IMG/VR virus record: IMGVR_UViG_3300024518_000036
Strand: one strand, 5' to 3'
Length of the DNA: 64,000 nt
DNA from: an uncultured virus (IMG/VR IMGVR_UViG_3300024518_000036)
Taxonomy: Duplodnaviria; Heunggongvirae; Uroviricota; Caudoviricetes
A program made the translations under genes and the position numbers. This document shows, piece after piece, positions 28,174-36,359 of this stretch (positions are counted from its first letter, which is position 1; each line of letters opens with the position of its first letter). The notes under the pieces were generated by a model, which was not told where the DNA came from, searched no databases, and worked only from the letters and a program-made list of their open reading frames with translations.

Positions 28174-28887
28174 TTAGTTGCCGATTTCGATGACCGACTT
28201 GTAGTAGCCCAGCAGCACGACGCGGATAGCGATGGACAGGGTGTCCGCGCTGACGCCGTTGATGACGCCCTGAACCGGACAGGTGCGGGAGCCGAACTGG
28301 ATGAGGATCGCGAACGTCGTGTTGCCGGGGAGGGCGACAGGGTGCTTGCGGTACATCCAGATTCCGCCGTTGCCGTTGTTCATCGCACCGGCAGAAGCAT
28401 TGGCCGCGTTGGTGCTGATGGCACCGAACACGCCGCCGCCCGCGCCAGCGAGCATCACAGGACAAATGTCCACGACTGTTTGCGTGAAGTCCCAGGAAAG
28501 AACTCCATTATTGACGACGTTCTGCAGGTCGGTGATGGTCGAGGCGTCGTCGAACGCCACGCACTGCTGGTCGATGTTGCCGTCAACATCGGTAGTAGCA
28601 CCGATGACCTGGGTGGCGACGCCATAAACGTCATATGCCTGCCCGGACGGGATACGGCCGCCTTCCTTGAGGTTCGTCTCGGTCTTGGAGAGGCCAACCG
28701 CATAGCCCTGGCCCTGAGCGCCCAGCGGAGTCGTGAAAATCCGGTTCTGGCTGTTGGCCAGAGCGGTGCCTGCAACGAACGCGTGCGTCGAGTAGAGGGT
28801 GATCTCGCCGAAGCGAAAGAGGTTGGTCGGTTGCTGCGACGGGACGCCCGGGATCGGGCCCGCGCCGGGGGAAACGAGGGGATGCAT
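28174..28887 (-). CDS. Putative major capsid protein (jelly-roll type)
   Basis: 237 aa, beta-rich (ETNLKEGGRIPSGQAYDVYGV; PVALPGNTTFAILIQF; IAIRVVLLG); strong C-ending codon bias, AGGAG RBS, own terminator. Confidence 0.55.
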   Translation of the reverse strand: MHPLVSPGAGPIPGVPSQQPTNLFRFGEITLYSTHAFVAGTALANSQNRIFTTPLGAQGQGYAVGLSKTETNLKEGGRIPSGQAYDVYGVATQVIGATTDVDGNIDQQCVAFDDASTITDLQNVVNNGVLSWDFTQTVVDICPVMLAGAGGGVFGAISTNAANASAGAMNNGNGGIWMYRKHPVALPGNTTFAILIQFGSRTCPVQGVINGVSADTLSIAIRVVLLGYYKSVIEIGN

Positions 28888-28979
28888 TTGATGCTCCTAA
28901 GGTGAAATCTAGTGGCCCGAAGGCCGATAAACGGTAAATGGTGAAGACCCCGCCGGTTAAGGCGGAGCCCCCGGAGGGG

Positions 28980-30926
28980 TTAGGCACCCATGAACAGGGC
29001 GGGGTCGCCCAGGTAGTTGGTCGCGCCGTTGGCCCCACTGGCCCCCGTTCCGGCCGCAGAGACAGCGACGAACTCAGGGTCAGCAGAGTGCGTCTCGGCC
29101 TGGGTGACCTGAGCCTCGTTAATCAACTGCTGGTAGGTCGCGATGGCAGACTTGCGCAGCCGGTAGATCAACTTGATGCGCTTGCGTGGAGGCAGGGCGC
29201 AGATCTGCTGAGCCTTCTTCCACCCGACGGTGCGAATCAGCCAGCCCCAACGATGCCCTTCCTTGCCCGCGTGGTGCGAGGGACCACCGGCCTTCCGGCC
29301 AGCCATCCGATGAGAAGGGCTACCGAAACGGCTGCGGAAACGATGACGGCCGGTGAGCAGGGCCTGGCCCTCCTCACCGGAGAAGTCCGCACCACTGTAG
29401 TAAGCATCGGCGTAGCTGGCCTGCGCGTAGTCACCGCCCTGCGTCAGGGAAGCTCCTTGAAAGGGGTTGTTCAGGCCACCGGGGCCACTTTCCAAGGCGA
29501 GGTCACCCAGAGCGGAGACGTTCTCCAACGCAAGGTCACCCAGAGCGGAGACGTTCTCCAGCGCAAGGTCACCGAAGGCAAGACCCGAGATGTCGATTTC
29601 CTCGTCGAGAATCTCTTCGTCGTAGTCCCCTTCGTCTTCGTAGGTCTCTTCTTCGTCACCACCCAGAATGTAGTTGAAGGCATCAATGCCTCCACCGAAC
29701 ACGAGGGCCGCACCACCGGTGAGAGCCAGGTACTTGCCAGGCATGCCACCGAAGACCGGAGCGAGCATGGCCAAACCCGTGCCGACCAGGAGACCCTGGA
29801 GGGTGTAGGGCATGTTGTCCTCGACGAACTCACCGACCATCGGGATCTTCCCAACGTTCTCTGCGAGCGTCTCGGTCCAACCCTGGATAGAAGCGAATGC
29901 GGTCAGTCCGCCCGCCGCTGCGCCAGCCACCAGGACGGGAGCTGCATATCCAGAGAGATACTGGGTGACCCCACCAAACCCCGGATTCATCAGGGCGAGG
30001 TCACCAACGAAAGGGTTTGACCGACCCTTTGATGCGTGCCATGAAGCAACCGCTTCCTGATGGGAAGCGCCCGCCTTGCGAGCGGCGCCGTAGTGGAGGT
30101 TGTAAGCGGTAGGAGCCCGCTTGCCGCCCTTGCGGGGCTTGGCGACGTATGCACCGCCACCGCGCTTTTGAGCGAGGACGTGGCCGGACGCCTTGTAGGG
30201 ACCTGCACCCTTCCAGGTGCTCACACCCGGTGCGGGATCCGGACCCCACGGGGCCTGCGTGTGCCAGCCAGCCTGCGTGCCACGGAAGGCAACGCGGTCG
30301 GCGTTGTAGCCAGCGAACTTGGTGGCGCCGTACTCAGCGGCGTACTGGGCCTTGGTCGGACGGTTGCCGTAGCGGCCGGAGCTGGGGACCTTGCGCTTGC
30401 GGCGCTTGCCCGCCTTGAAGTACTTGGCCTGGGCGGCGGAGGACGGGGACCACTCGTAGGTCTCGTACTTGTCACCGGCGCGGTACATGTTGGCCTTGCC
30501 GCCCAGACGCTTCTGCTTGACGCCAAGAAGGCGCGCGAACTCCTGCTTCAGGAACGAGCGAGTCGCCTTGTCCTTCGGCGTGGGAGTGCGTGCCGCACCG
30601 GAGGTGACGTGCTTGAACCAGGCATTTGCATCGCCCCGACCGAAGCCAGCCGCCGCCCGTTCACCTGAACCGGCGTTCTTGACCTGGTCCCAACGGCTGA
30701 GAGTGCTGGCGGCCAGGCCCTTGAGCTGCTGACGGTCGCTTGCGTTGAGATGCTTCGATCGGAAGCGAGAGGGGGGGCGCGGGTTGGCCTGTGCGACGGA
30801 TCGCATTGCCACCCGAGTCAGCCGGTTGATCCGTTTGTGGACGGAGTTGCGTCGGGCGTTTGCCATTGTAGTCTTCCTAGGATTCGAGATGAGGATGGCC
30901 CCGGAAAGGGGCGGGAGGTGATTCAT
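28980..30926 (-). CDS. Basic core-like precursor protein with central hydrophobic helices and GDLALEN repeats
   Basis: GGAGG RBS before ATG 30926 (MNH...ILISNPRK); Arg/Lys/Ala-rich N half; TM-like helices; directly upstream of the capsid candidate. Confidence 0.75.
   Translation of the reverse strand: MNHLPPLSGAILISNPRKTTMANARRNSVHKRINRLTRVAMRSVAQANPRPPSRFRSKHLNASDRQQLKGLAASTLSRWDQVKNAGSGERAAAGFGRGDANAWFKHVTSGAARTPTPKDKATRSFLKQEFARLLGVKQKRLGGKANMYRAGDKYETYEWSPSSAAQAKYFKAGKRRKRKVPSSGRYGNRPTKAQYAAEYGATKFAGYNADRVAFRGTQAGWHTQAPWGPDPAPGVSTWKGAGPYKASGHVLAQKRGGGAYVAKPRKGGKRAPTAYNLHYGAARKAGASHQEAVASWHASKGRSNPFVGDLALMNPGFGGVTQYLSGYAAPVLVAGAAAGGLTAFASIQGWTETLAENVGKIPMVGEFVEDNMPYTLQGLLVGTGLAMLAPVFGGMPGKYLALTGGAALVFGGGIDAFNYILGGDEEETYEDEGDYDEEILDEEIDISGLAFGDLALENVSALGDLALENVSALGDLALESGPGGLNNPFQGASLTQGGDYAQASYADAYYSGADFSGEEGQALLTGRHRFRSRFGSPSHRMAGRKAGGPSHHAGKEGHRWGWLIRTVGWKKAQQICALPPRKRIKLIYRLRKSAIATYQQLINEAQVTQAETHSADPEFVAVSAAGTGASGANGATNYLGDPALFMGA
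29499..29573. repeat. 33-bp tandem repeat (GDLALENVSAL, about 2.3 copies)
   Basis: Read directly. Confidence 0.9.
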
Positions 30927-30978
30927 TCGGCCCTCCTGGGGCCAATCCCTTTCTGGAGATTCCGTCAGGGGTGCGTGG

Positions 30979-31045
30979 AGTTTCTCGCGCCAGCGGAAAG
31001 GAGGCAAGAAAGGAACTGAAGTCGGGGTGCTACGTTTTGTGCTAC
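30979..31045 (-). promoter_or_regulatory. Two tandem GTAGCAC boxes plus GAAACT -10-like element (capsid operon promoter)
   Basis: Boxes at 31023-31033 and 31039-31045; spacings 49 and 61 nt. Confidence 0.5.
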
Positions 31046-31106
31046 ACAACCTCGACTCTTTTCTGCTCGTCTGCTAGGAAAGGAGTTGAAAGGCGGCCGG
31101 TGACAC

Positions 31107-31352
31107 ATGGCAAAACCCCTCGTCGGGCATCACCTGATGCGCGTTCGGATAAGAAAGAAGATCTTTCAGAAGCTGCAAGAGGTTGCTGAAGAGGAGTCCG
31201 AGCGGACTGAAGAGCACGTCACTGTCTCCGACCTCGTTCGGGCTGCTTGCTACAACTACCTGATGATACACGACTCCGTTCGACGGCTGGAGAACGCTCC
31301 CCCTCTGGAGATCGAAGACGCGATTCTCGTGATCACTCAGCCGATGCTCTAG
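31107..31352 (+). CDS. Ribbon-helix-helix DNA-binding protein
   Basis: MRVRIRKKIFQKLQEVAEE...VTVSDLVRAA. Confidence 0.7.
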   Translation: MAKPLVGHHLMRVRIRKKIFQKLQEVAEEESERTEEHVTVSDLVRAACYNYLMIHDSVRRLENAPPLEIEDAILVITQPML

Positions 31353-31717
31353 TTCTTTTTGCCGATGAGCGGAATCGGTTTCCCCTTCGGCCAGAACCAG
31401 ATCACGCCACCGATGATCCCGAAGACCCCTGTGATGACAGCCGGCCAGAACCACGGCTGCTCTGTGATCTGCGGCTTCTTGCCATCGTCCTGAGTCTGAG
31501 GCTGAGGCTGAGTTTGAGGCTGAGTCTGAGTCCGAGGCTGGGACTGCGGAGCGGCTTTGGCTGCCTCAGCTTCAGCAGCTTCTCGAATCGCCTTCTCTTC
31601 CTCGTCCTCGTGCATCAACCCAACGGGGGACCAACGAGGCGCCATCTCGGCATACTTCGAGTACCAGCTCTCCTCAGCACCGTAGTTGCTGTACTTACTG
31701 GGCTGGAACTGGCTCAT
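31349..31717 (-). CDS. Tail-anchored membrane protein starting MSQFQPSKY
   Basis: QPWFWP-TM-WPKG. Confidence 0.8.
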   Translation of the reverse strand: MSQFQPSKYSNYGAEESWYSKYAEMAPRWSPVGLMHEDEEEKAIREAAEAEAAKAAPQSQPRTQTQPQTQPQPQTQDDGKKPQITEQPWFWPAVITGVFGIIGGVIWFWPKGKPIPLIGKKN

Positions 31718-32321
31718 TCTCCACGCCCTCCTCGACTTCCTGTAATGGGGGTGGTGGGGGAAGGGCCTTCTTTGCCTTCACCTCGGCCCTGGCGATTGAC
31801 GCCCGGGAGCGCCGGGTGGTGGCACTCGGGGCGGGCGGAGGTGGCGGGATATACTCCGGCTCCTCTTCCTCTTCCTCTTCCTCTTCCTCTCCGCGTGGCC
31901 AGTAGACGTACGCGACTCCCGCAGTACTGGCAACACCGAGAAGGACGACGGGCCAGAACCAGGGTTGCTTGTAGAAAGGGATGTCAGCAGCCCCTGGGCC
32001 TATCTGGGCAGGCAACTGCTTGGCAGGCAACTGCTTGGGGCTGGTTCCTTTCGCTCTATCGAGCACCTCTTGGCCCATGACGGAAGCAATCACCTCAGCG
32101 TTGCTCTTCACGTCGTTGGCGAGGTTGCGGATGATGCCCCAGTAGGTATCACCGTCCCCCGATGTCCAGATCTTTCCCGTGGAGACGAGCACGACCGAGC
32201 CATCACTGTGAAGGAGAAACTCAGTGCCTTGTATGTCCTCGACCTTGGCGGACTTGTTTTGCCTCGCCGAAGGTGTGCTCGCCGAAGGTGTGCTGAACTT
32301 GCTGGGCTGGAAGGTGGACAT
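31695..32321 (-). CDS. Membrane protein starting MSTFQPSKF
   Basis: QPWFWP-TM-WPRG; poly-Glu and Pro tail. Confidence 0.8.
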   Translation of the reverse strand: MSTFQPSKFSTPSASTPSARQNKSAKVEDIQGTEFLLHSDGSVVLVSTGKIWTSGDGDTYWGIIRNLANDVKSNAEVIASVMGQEVLDRAKGTSPKQLPAKQLPAQIGPGAADIPFYKQPWFWPVVLLGVASTAGVAYVYWPRGEEEEEEEEEEPEYIPPPPPAPSATTRRSRASIARAEVKAKKALPPPPPLQEVEEGVENEPVPAQ

Positions 32322-32327
32322 GAGGGG

Positions 32328-32371
32328 AGTCTATCTCGTGAAGAAAGGGGAAGGGCTTGGCCGAGTGCTAC
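32328..32371 (-). promoter_or_regulatory. GTAGCACTCG box plus TAGACT -10, leaderless start
   Basis: 38-nt spacing; ATG 6 nt after the -10; no SD. Confidence 0.65.
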
Positions 32372-32380
32372 GTCTACAGC

Positions 32381-32710
32381 TCACGACAGATCCGATGGCT
32401 GAAAGGAGCGGCTGCTTTTCAATCTCGCTTCTTTCTCGGTGAGGTGCTGGTCAATGGCCTGCTCTTTTTCCATTCCTTTCTTGTACAGCGAGGCCCCGAG
32501 CGCGAGAGCAACGAGACCGCCTCCGAGGTAGCCGAATACTTCGTCACTGTCCCCTCGGACCAGGGCCGGGATTCCGACGAGAACACCCAAAGCACCTGCG
32601 AGGCCGAGGGCATAGCTAGCGCCTATCTCGGGGATGCCCCCGACGATATTCTCGGCTTTCAATCTGTGATTCCCGGGGATGGGCAGGTGTAGTTTCCCCC
32701 GGCCAACCAC
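32381..32710 (-). CDS. Two-TM small membrane protein ending SFQPSDLS
   Basis: Two hydrophobic helices; start uncertain. Confidence 0.6.
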   Translation of the reverse strand: MVGRGKLHLPIPGNHRLKAENIVGGIPEIGASYALGLAGALGVLVGIPALVRGDSDEVFGYLGGGLVALALGASLYKKGMEKEQAIDQHLTEKEARLKSSRSFQPSDLS

Positions 32711-33333
32711 AGTCTTCCGTGAGCGTCAACGGCCAGAAAGGGGAAGTGCTTCGACAGCTCGCCCATCTGATGAATATAGTAAGACCGGTCGTTGCCGGGG
32801 TTCTCGTCTCCTTTCTTGTGTGTGTAGTAGACAAGAGCAGTCAGGACGCCGACCGGTTTGACCATCACTTGCGGATAGTCTCGTCGCTTGCTGTGCTTCC
32901 CGCCCGCAATCGAGGCCAGATGGGCGAGGGGCATCGGGGTCACCCCGTTGTCGTTCCAGAATCGCTTGGCGAGTGTTTTGGAGGCCCGGGGGTCCACCAG
33001 GAAGTAGAGCCGCTCGTCCGGGTGGTCCGGGTCGTAAGCAACGTGGCTGTTGGTCGACACGTTCTTCGAGAACTCAATCATCGAGTCTCGCTTGCGTCGG
33101 GGGTGGGTCCGGTTGCTTCGAGCCGCCCCTTCGGGAGATCGGACGTGCAGTCGCACCAATCGACCGCATTCGATGAGCATCGGGGGAAAGTCGTTGTCTC
33201 CCCAGTCGATGACCTGCTGCGGCTGGACCCCCCAGTGCCAGTCCTCGTAGGCCTGAGCACCCTTGTTGATTCGTGGTTGTCCGAGTGTGACGTTGCCGTC
33301 AACTCGATACGGCCTCTTCTTGTTCTTTCTCAT
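32659..33333 (-). CDS. Globular viral protein of unknown function
   Basis: YEDWHWG...LVYYTHK...YYIHQMGE...LAGGNY...GITD. Confidence 0.75.
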   Translation of the reverse strand: MRKNKKRPYRVDGNVTLGQPRINKGAQAYEDWHWGVQPQQVIDWGDNDFPPMLIECGRLVRLHVRSPEGAARSNRTHPRRKRDSMIEFSKNVSTNSHVAYDPDHPDERLYFLVDPRASKTLAKRFWNDNGVTPMPLAHLASIAGGKHSKRRDYPQVMVKPVGVLTALVYYTHKKGDENPGNDRSYYIHQMGELSKHFPFLAVDAHGRLWLAGGNYTCPSPGITD

Positions 33334-34505
33334 GCGGCCCTCCGGCGCTTGATGGCCTGCACAGCGGTGTACCCGAGAAACGCCGTCCCTCCGAGTACAC
33401 CGACCCAGACCGCTGCTGTGATGACTTTGGTGATCTTCTCTGCTTGGATCCTCGATGCCTCGTCCTCAAGCTGCTGCTGTGCCTCAGCGACCTTGATTTG
33501 TGCTTCCACCAACTCCTTTTGTTCCCTGATGGCCCTCTTTTCTAGCAGTTGCTGAAACTTCTGGGCCCACCCACTGGCCTCGCCTTTCGCCACGGACTGC
33601 TCGGTCTTGGAGCGCCCAGACAGAGCTGACATGCCTATGGAGATGCCGTCCATGATACCGCCGACCGCTCCCAGAACGGCACCCACGGGGGCTCCAATGA
33701 TGGTTCCAGTAGCCCCGGCTGCTGCGGTGTACAGCCCCTTGGCCGCAAGACTGGTGCCCACCGCAACTCCGCTCTCCACCTTTGAGCGCTTGTCATTCGC
33801 CCCCATCCCAGCCAGTGTGAGGTGCATGGCGCGGGCGGCCCATGCCGGTCCTCCGGCGTCTTCGTCCATGACCCGCTTGCGAACGTACTCCGAGGCGTCG
33901 ATCAGATTGGCAGGAGCCTTCGCTCCTTCCAACTCCGAACCGGCCTTCACGATGTTCATGAGAGAGCGGTAGCTGCTGTCGTTGCGGAGCTTGAGCGCTG
34001 GGACCCCCGCCAAGTCGAAGCTGAGCCAGGGATCGATCCCGATTGCTTGGAGTGTCATCACCCCACCCAGGATCGTCGCCTTTCGCTCAAGATCCTGGTA
34101 ATGCTGCTTCTTCGGTGGTCTCCGGCCCCTGGCTACGTTGCGAAGGGCATCACCACCAGTCTTCACCCCTATGACTCGAAGAACATTCCCAACTTCGTCT
34201 GTGGGGCGTTCAGTCCACGGTTCTTCGACTGCCCACAGCTTGTAGTACTTCCCGAGAAGCTCCGTTTGCCCTGTCTTCTTCGCGCGGGGGTCTGGGTTGC
34301 CCTGACGAGCTGCACTCAGGCAGTCGTTGCGCCGCTTCTTGCGAGTGACCCCGTGAACGCCGAACGAAAGGACGCTCAGGCCCACCTTCACTGGCGGGTA
34401 TCTCTTGTTACAGGCCTTGGTGAGCTTCTTGACCTTCGCCGCGTCCGACTTCTTGTTCCGCCGGGCCAGTGCTCGACGACCGTGCGCAAAGGCGGGTTGC
34501 CGCAT
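33330..34505 (-). CDS. Basic membrane protein with Gly-rich hydrophobic hairpin, coiled coil and C-terminal TM
   Basis: ARRNK, QGNP; GAPVGAVLGAVGG; TM plus KRRR. Confidence 0.8.
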   Translation of the reverse strand: MRQPAFAHGRRALARRNKKSDAAKVKKLTKACNKRYPPVKVGLSVLSFGVHGVTRKKRRNDCLSAARQGNPDPRAKKTGQTELLGKYYKLWAVEEPWTERPTDEVGNVLRVIGVKTGGDALRNVARGRRPPKKQHYQDLERKATILGGVMTLQAIGIDPWLSFDLAGVPALKLRNDSSYRSLMNIVKAGSELEGAKAPANLIDASEYVRKRVMDEDAGGPAWAARAMHLTLAGMGANDKRSKVESGVAVGTSLAAKGLYTAAAGATGTIIGAPVGAVLGAVGGIMDGISIGMSALSGRSKTEQSVAKGEASGWAQKFQQLLEKRAIREQKELVEAQIKVAEAQQQLEDEASRIQAEKITKVITAAVWVGVLGGTAFLGYTAVQAIKRRRAA

Positions 34506-34506
34506 C

Positions 34507-35010
34507 TCAGCTCCCCGCTTGAAGTCGCTTCAGCTCTGCCTGCTGGATCTTCGTCCCCTGATAACCGCTCCACACTTTGGTCCCGAGCCACAAGACGATC
34601 ATGCCTCCAGCCAAGACCCCGGTGACCGTCAGAGCCGTGTACAGCGTGTCGCGGGTGCTTGCTTTGTACGCTTCGGCCTCAGCCGCCGCCAGCGAATCTT
34701 CGGTCCGCTTGATGGCCGTCTGGAGGGAGCAGACTCCGCAGATTTGCACCGCCATCAACGCTGCGCCTGGCCCGCCACCGCGAAGGGTCTGAAGACGAGA
34801 CTTGAGCTTGGCAGCCTTGTCAGCCGCCCCCCCAAACCCGAGAACTGACCCCAGAATCGGAACATACTGCGAGATCAGATCGCTTGTGGACGGCTTCTCC
34901 ACGTTCTCCACCGTCGTAATCGGCTCCTCTTCCTCTTCGTCCGCACCATAAGCGCCGTGCCCGTCAGAGTATCGCGAGGGTATGAAGGTTCGGGAAGCGT
35001 GAAAGCTCAC
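34507..35010 (-). CDS. Tail-anchored membrane protein (TFIPSRY near N-terminus)
   Basis: GTGA overlap start; TM near the C-terminus. Confidence 0.75.
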   Translation of the reverse strand: MSFHASRTFIPSRYSDGHGAYGADEEEEEPITTVENVEKPSTSDLISQYVPILGSVLGFGGAADKAAKLKSRLQTLRGGGPGAALMAVQICGVCSLQTAIKRTEDSLAAAEAEAYKASTRDTLYTALTVTGVLAGGMIVLWLGTKVWSGYQGTKIQQAELKRLQAGS

Positions 35011-35459
35011 TTCTTCGTCCCTTTGCGCGTGTATAAGTAGAACCCGCCGCCGACGGTACCAAGCACCACGACGCCTCCGATGACCCACGGGAGCAGGTCA
35101 TTACCGCCCCCGTCTCCCTGCAGTGCAGCCAGCTTGGCCTCCTCTTCTGCAAGCTCTTGCTGCGCCTTGACCATATTCGCTTCGTGACGCCGCGCTTTGT
35201 TGGCCTGGTCGATTTGCATTCCAGCACCGATACCGACCGTAGCCAGGCCGACGACACCCTCCATGAGGAGCCCGACTCCCTCTGATACAGGATTGGCCCT
35301 TGCAGCGTCTCCGAGGTCACCGATGTCCATGCCAGCACGGTACGTGGTCAACATCGCCTGGGCAGCGATCGGGTCCTCGCTGTAGCCATACTCCTCCGGC
35401 TCCTTGAAAGGAGAATCTCCTCCTGAGGCAACGAAGACGCGGGGAATGAGTTGAGCCAT
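35007..35459 (-). CDS. Tail-anchored membrane protein
   Basis: Coiled coil, then TM plus RKGTKK. Confidence 0.8.
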   Translation of the reverse strand: MAQLIPRVFVASGGDSPFKEPEEYGYSEDPIAAQAMLTTYRAGMDIGDLGDAARANPVSEGVGLLMEGVVGLATVGIGAGMQIDQANKARRHEANMVKAQQELAEEEAKLAALQGDGGGNDLLPWVIGGVVVLGTVGGGFYLYTRKGTKK

Positions 35460-35468
35460 TGGAACCCC

Positions 35469-36113
35469 TTAGTCTTTAGCCGGACGGGTCATGAAGTAGA
35501 CCCCTCCACCAAGGACCAGGAGGACCACGGGAACTCCAATCCACAGAAGGTAGTTGGGGGGTGGCTCTGAGGCAGAATCTTCGATCGGAGCAAGGTCTGT
35601 CTCTCCTCCTCCCGTGAACGCCGAGATGCCCGTGGTAAGAAAGGAGAAGGTGTCAGTGAGGGTCTGGGTGGTCTTGGCTTGCCGCTCGGCCTTTGGCGGC
35701 TTGCCGTAGAGCGCGGACCAGGTGGCGTCGTCGACGATGCCGGTATCGTCGAGCCCGTGGTCTTTCTGCCACCGCCTCACGGCTGTCGCCGTGCCCGAGC
35801 CGAACTTCCCATCGACTGAGGTGTTTACGCGCTCCTGTACGTCTTTGACGTGCATGGACTCCTCGTCCGTGCCGTTCCTGGTCCCCATTCCCTCTTTGAG
35901 AACAGGCTTACTTCCCAGACCACCACCGCCGAAGAGGCTGGTGAACGAGAACTTGCTTCCGCCCTCCTTCGCTTCTCGGCCAGCCTTCCGCTCAGCCCTC
36001 TTCTCTTTGGACTCCCAGAAGAAGCCCAGGTTGTCGTCGTCCAAGGCACCATCGAAGTTCTTGCAGAACGCTGCATGACTCTTGGGATTGATATCTGCTA
36101 TCAGGTCGCTCAT
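35469..36113 (-). CDS. PG_binding_1 domain protein with C-terminal TM
   Basis: VKDVQ...VDGKFGSGTATAVRRWQKDHGLDDTGIVDDATWSAL. Confidence 0.85.
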   Translation of the reverse strand: MSDLIADINPKSHAAFCKNFDGALDDDNLGFFWESKEKRAERKAGREAKEGGSKFSFTSLFGGGGLGSKPVLKEGMGTRNGTDEESMHVKDVQERVNTSVDGKFGSGTATAVRRWQKDHGLDDTGIVDDATWSALYGKPPKAERQAKTTQTLTDTFSFLTTGISAFTGGGETDLAPIEDSASEPPPNYLLWIGVPVVLLVLGGGVYFMTRPAKD

Positions 36114-36358
36114 GTTGCACTCACAAACTTGACGGCCACTCCGGCCAGGAATCGAGCGCCCGCAGCTCGGGTGGGCTCATCGAGAAGAGACTCCCCGGCG
36201 ACCTGCGGGTCCCAGGATTCCATCTTCTCTTGAAGGAAAAAAGCTACGATCTCAGGACTTGCAGCTTCACCAGCCGCACGGAGGTCGGCGTAGTGATCCA
36301 TGCCCATCTTCAGGTAGATCCCGAGCTGTTTCACAAGAGGAAGAAACTTCGCGAACAC
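36110..36358 (-). CDS. Small hypothetical protein
   Basis: GGAGGT RBS plus GTG; coupled on both sides. Confidence 0.65.
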   Translation of the reverse strand: MFAKFLPLVKQLGIYLKMGMDHYADLRAAGEAASPEIVAFFLQEKMESWDPQVAGESLLDEPTRAAGARFLAGVAVKFVSAT

Positions 36359-36359
36359 G

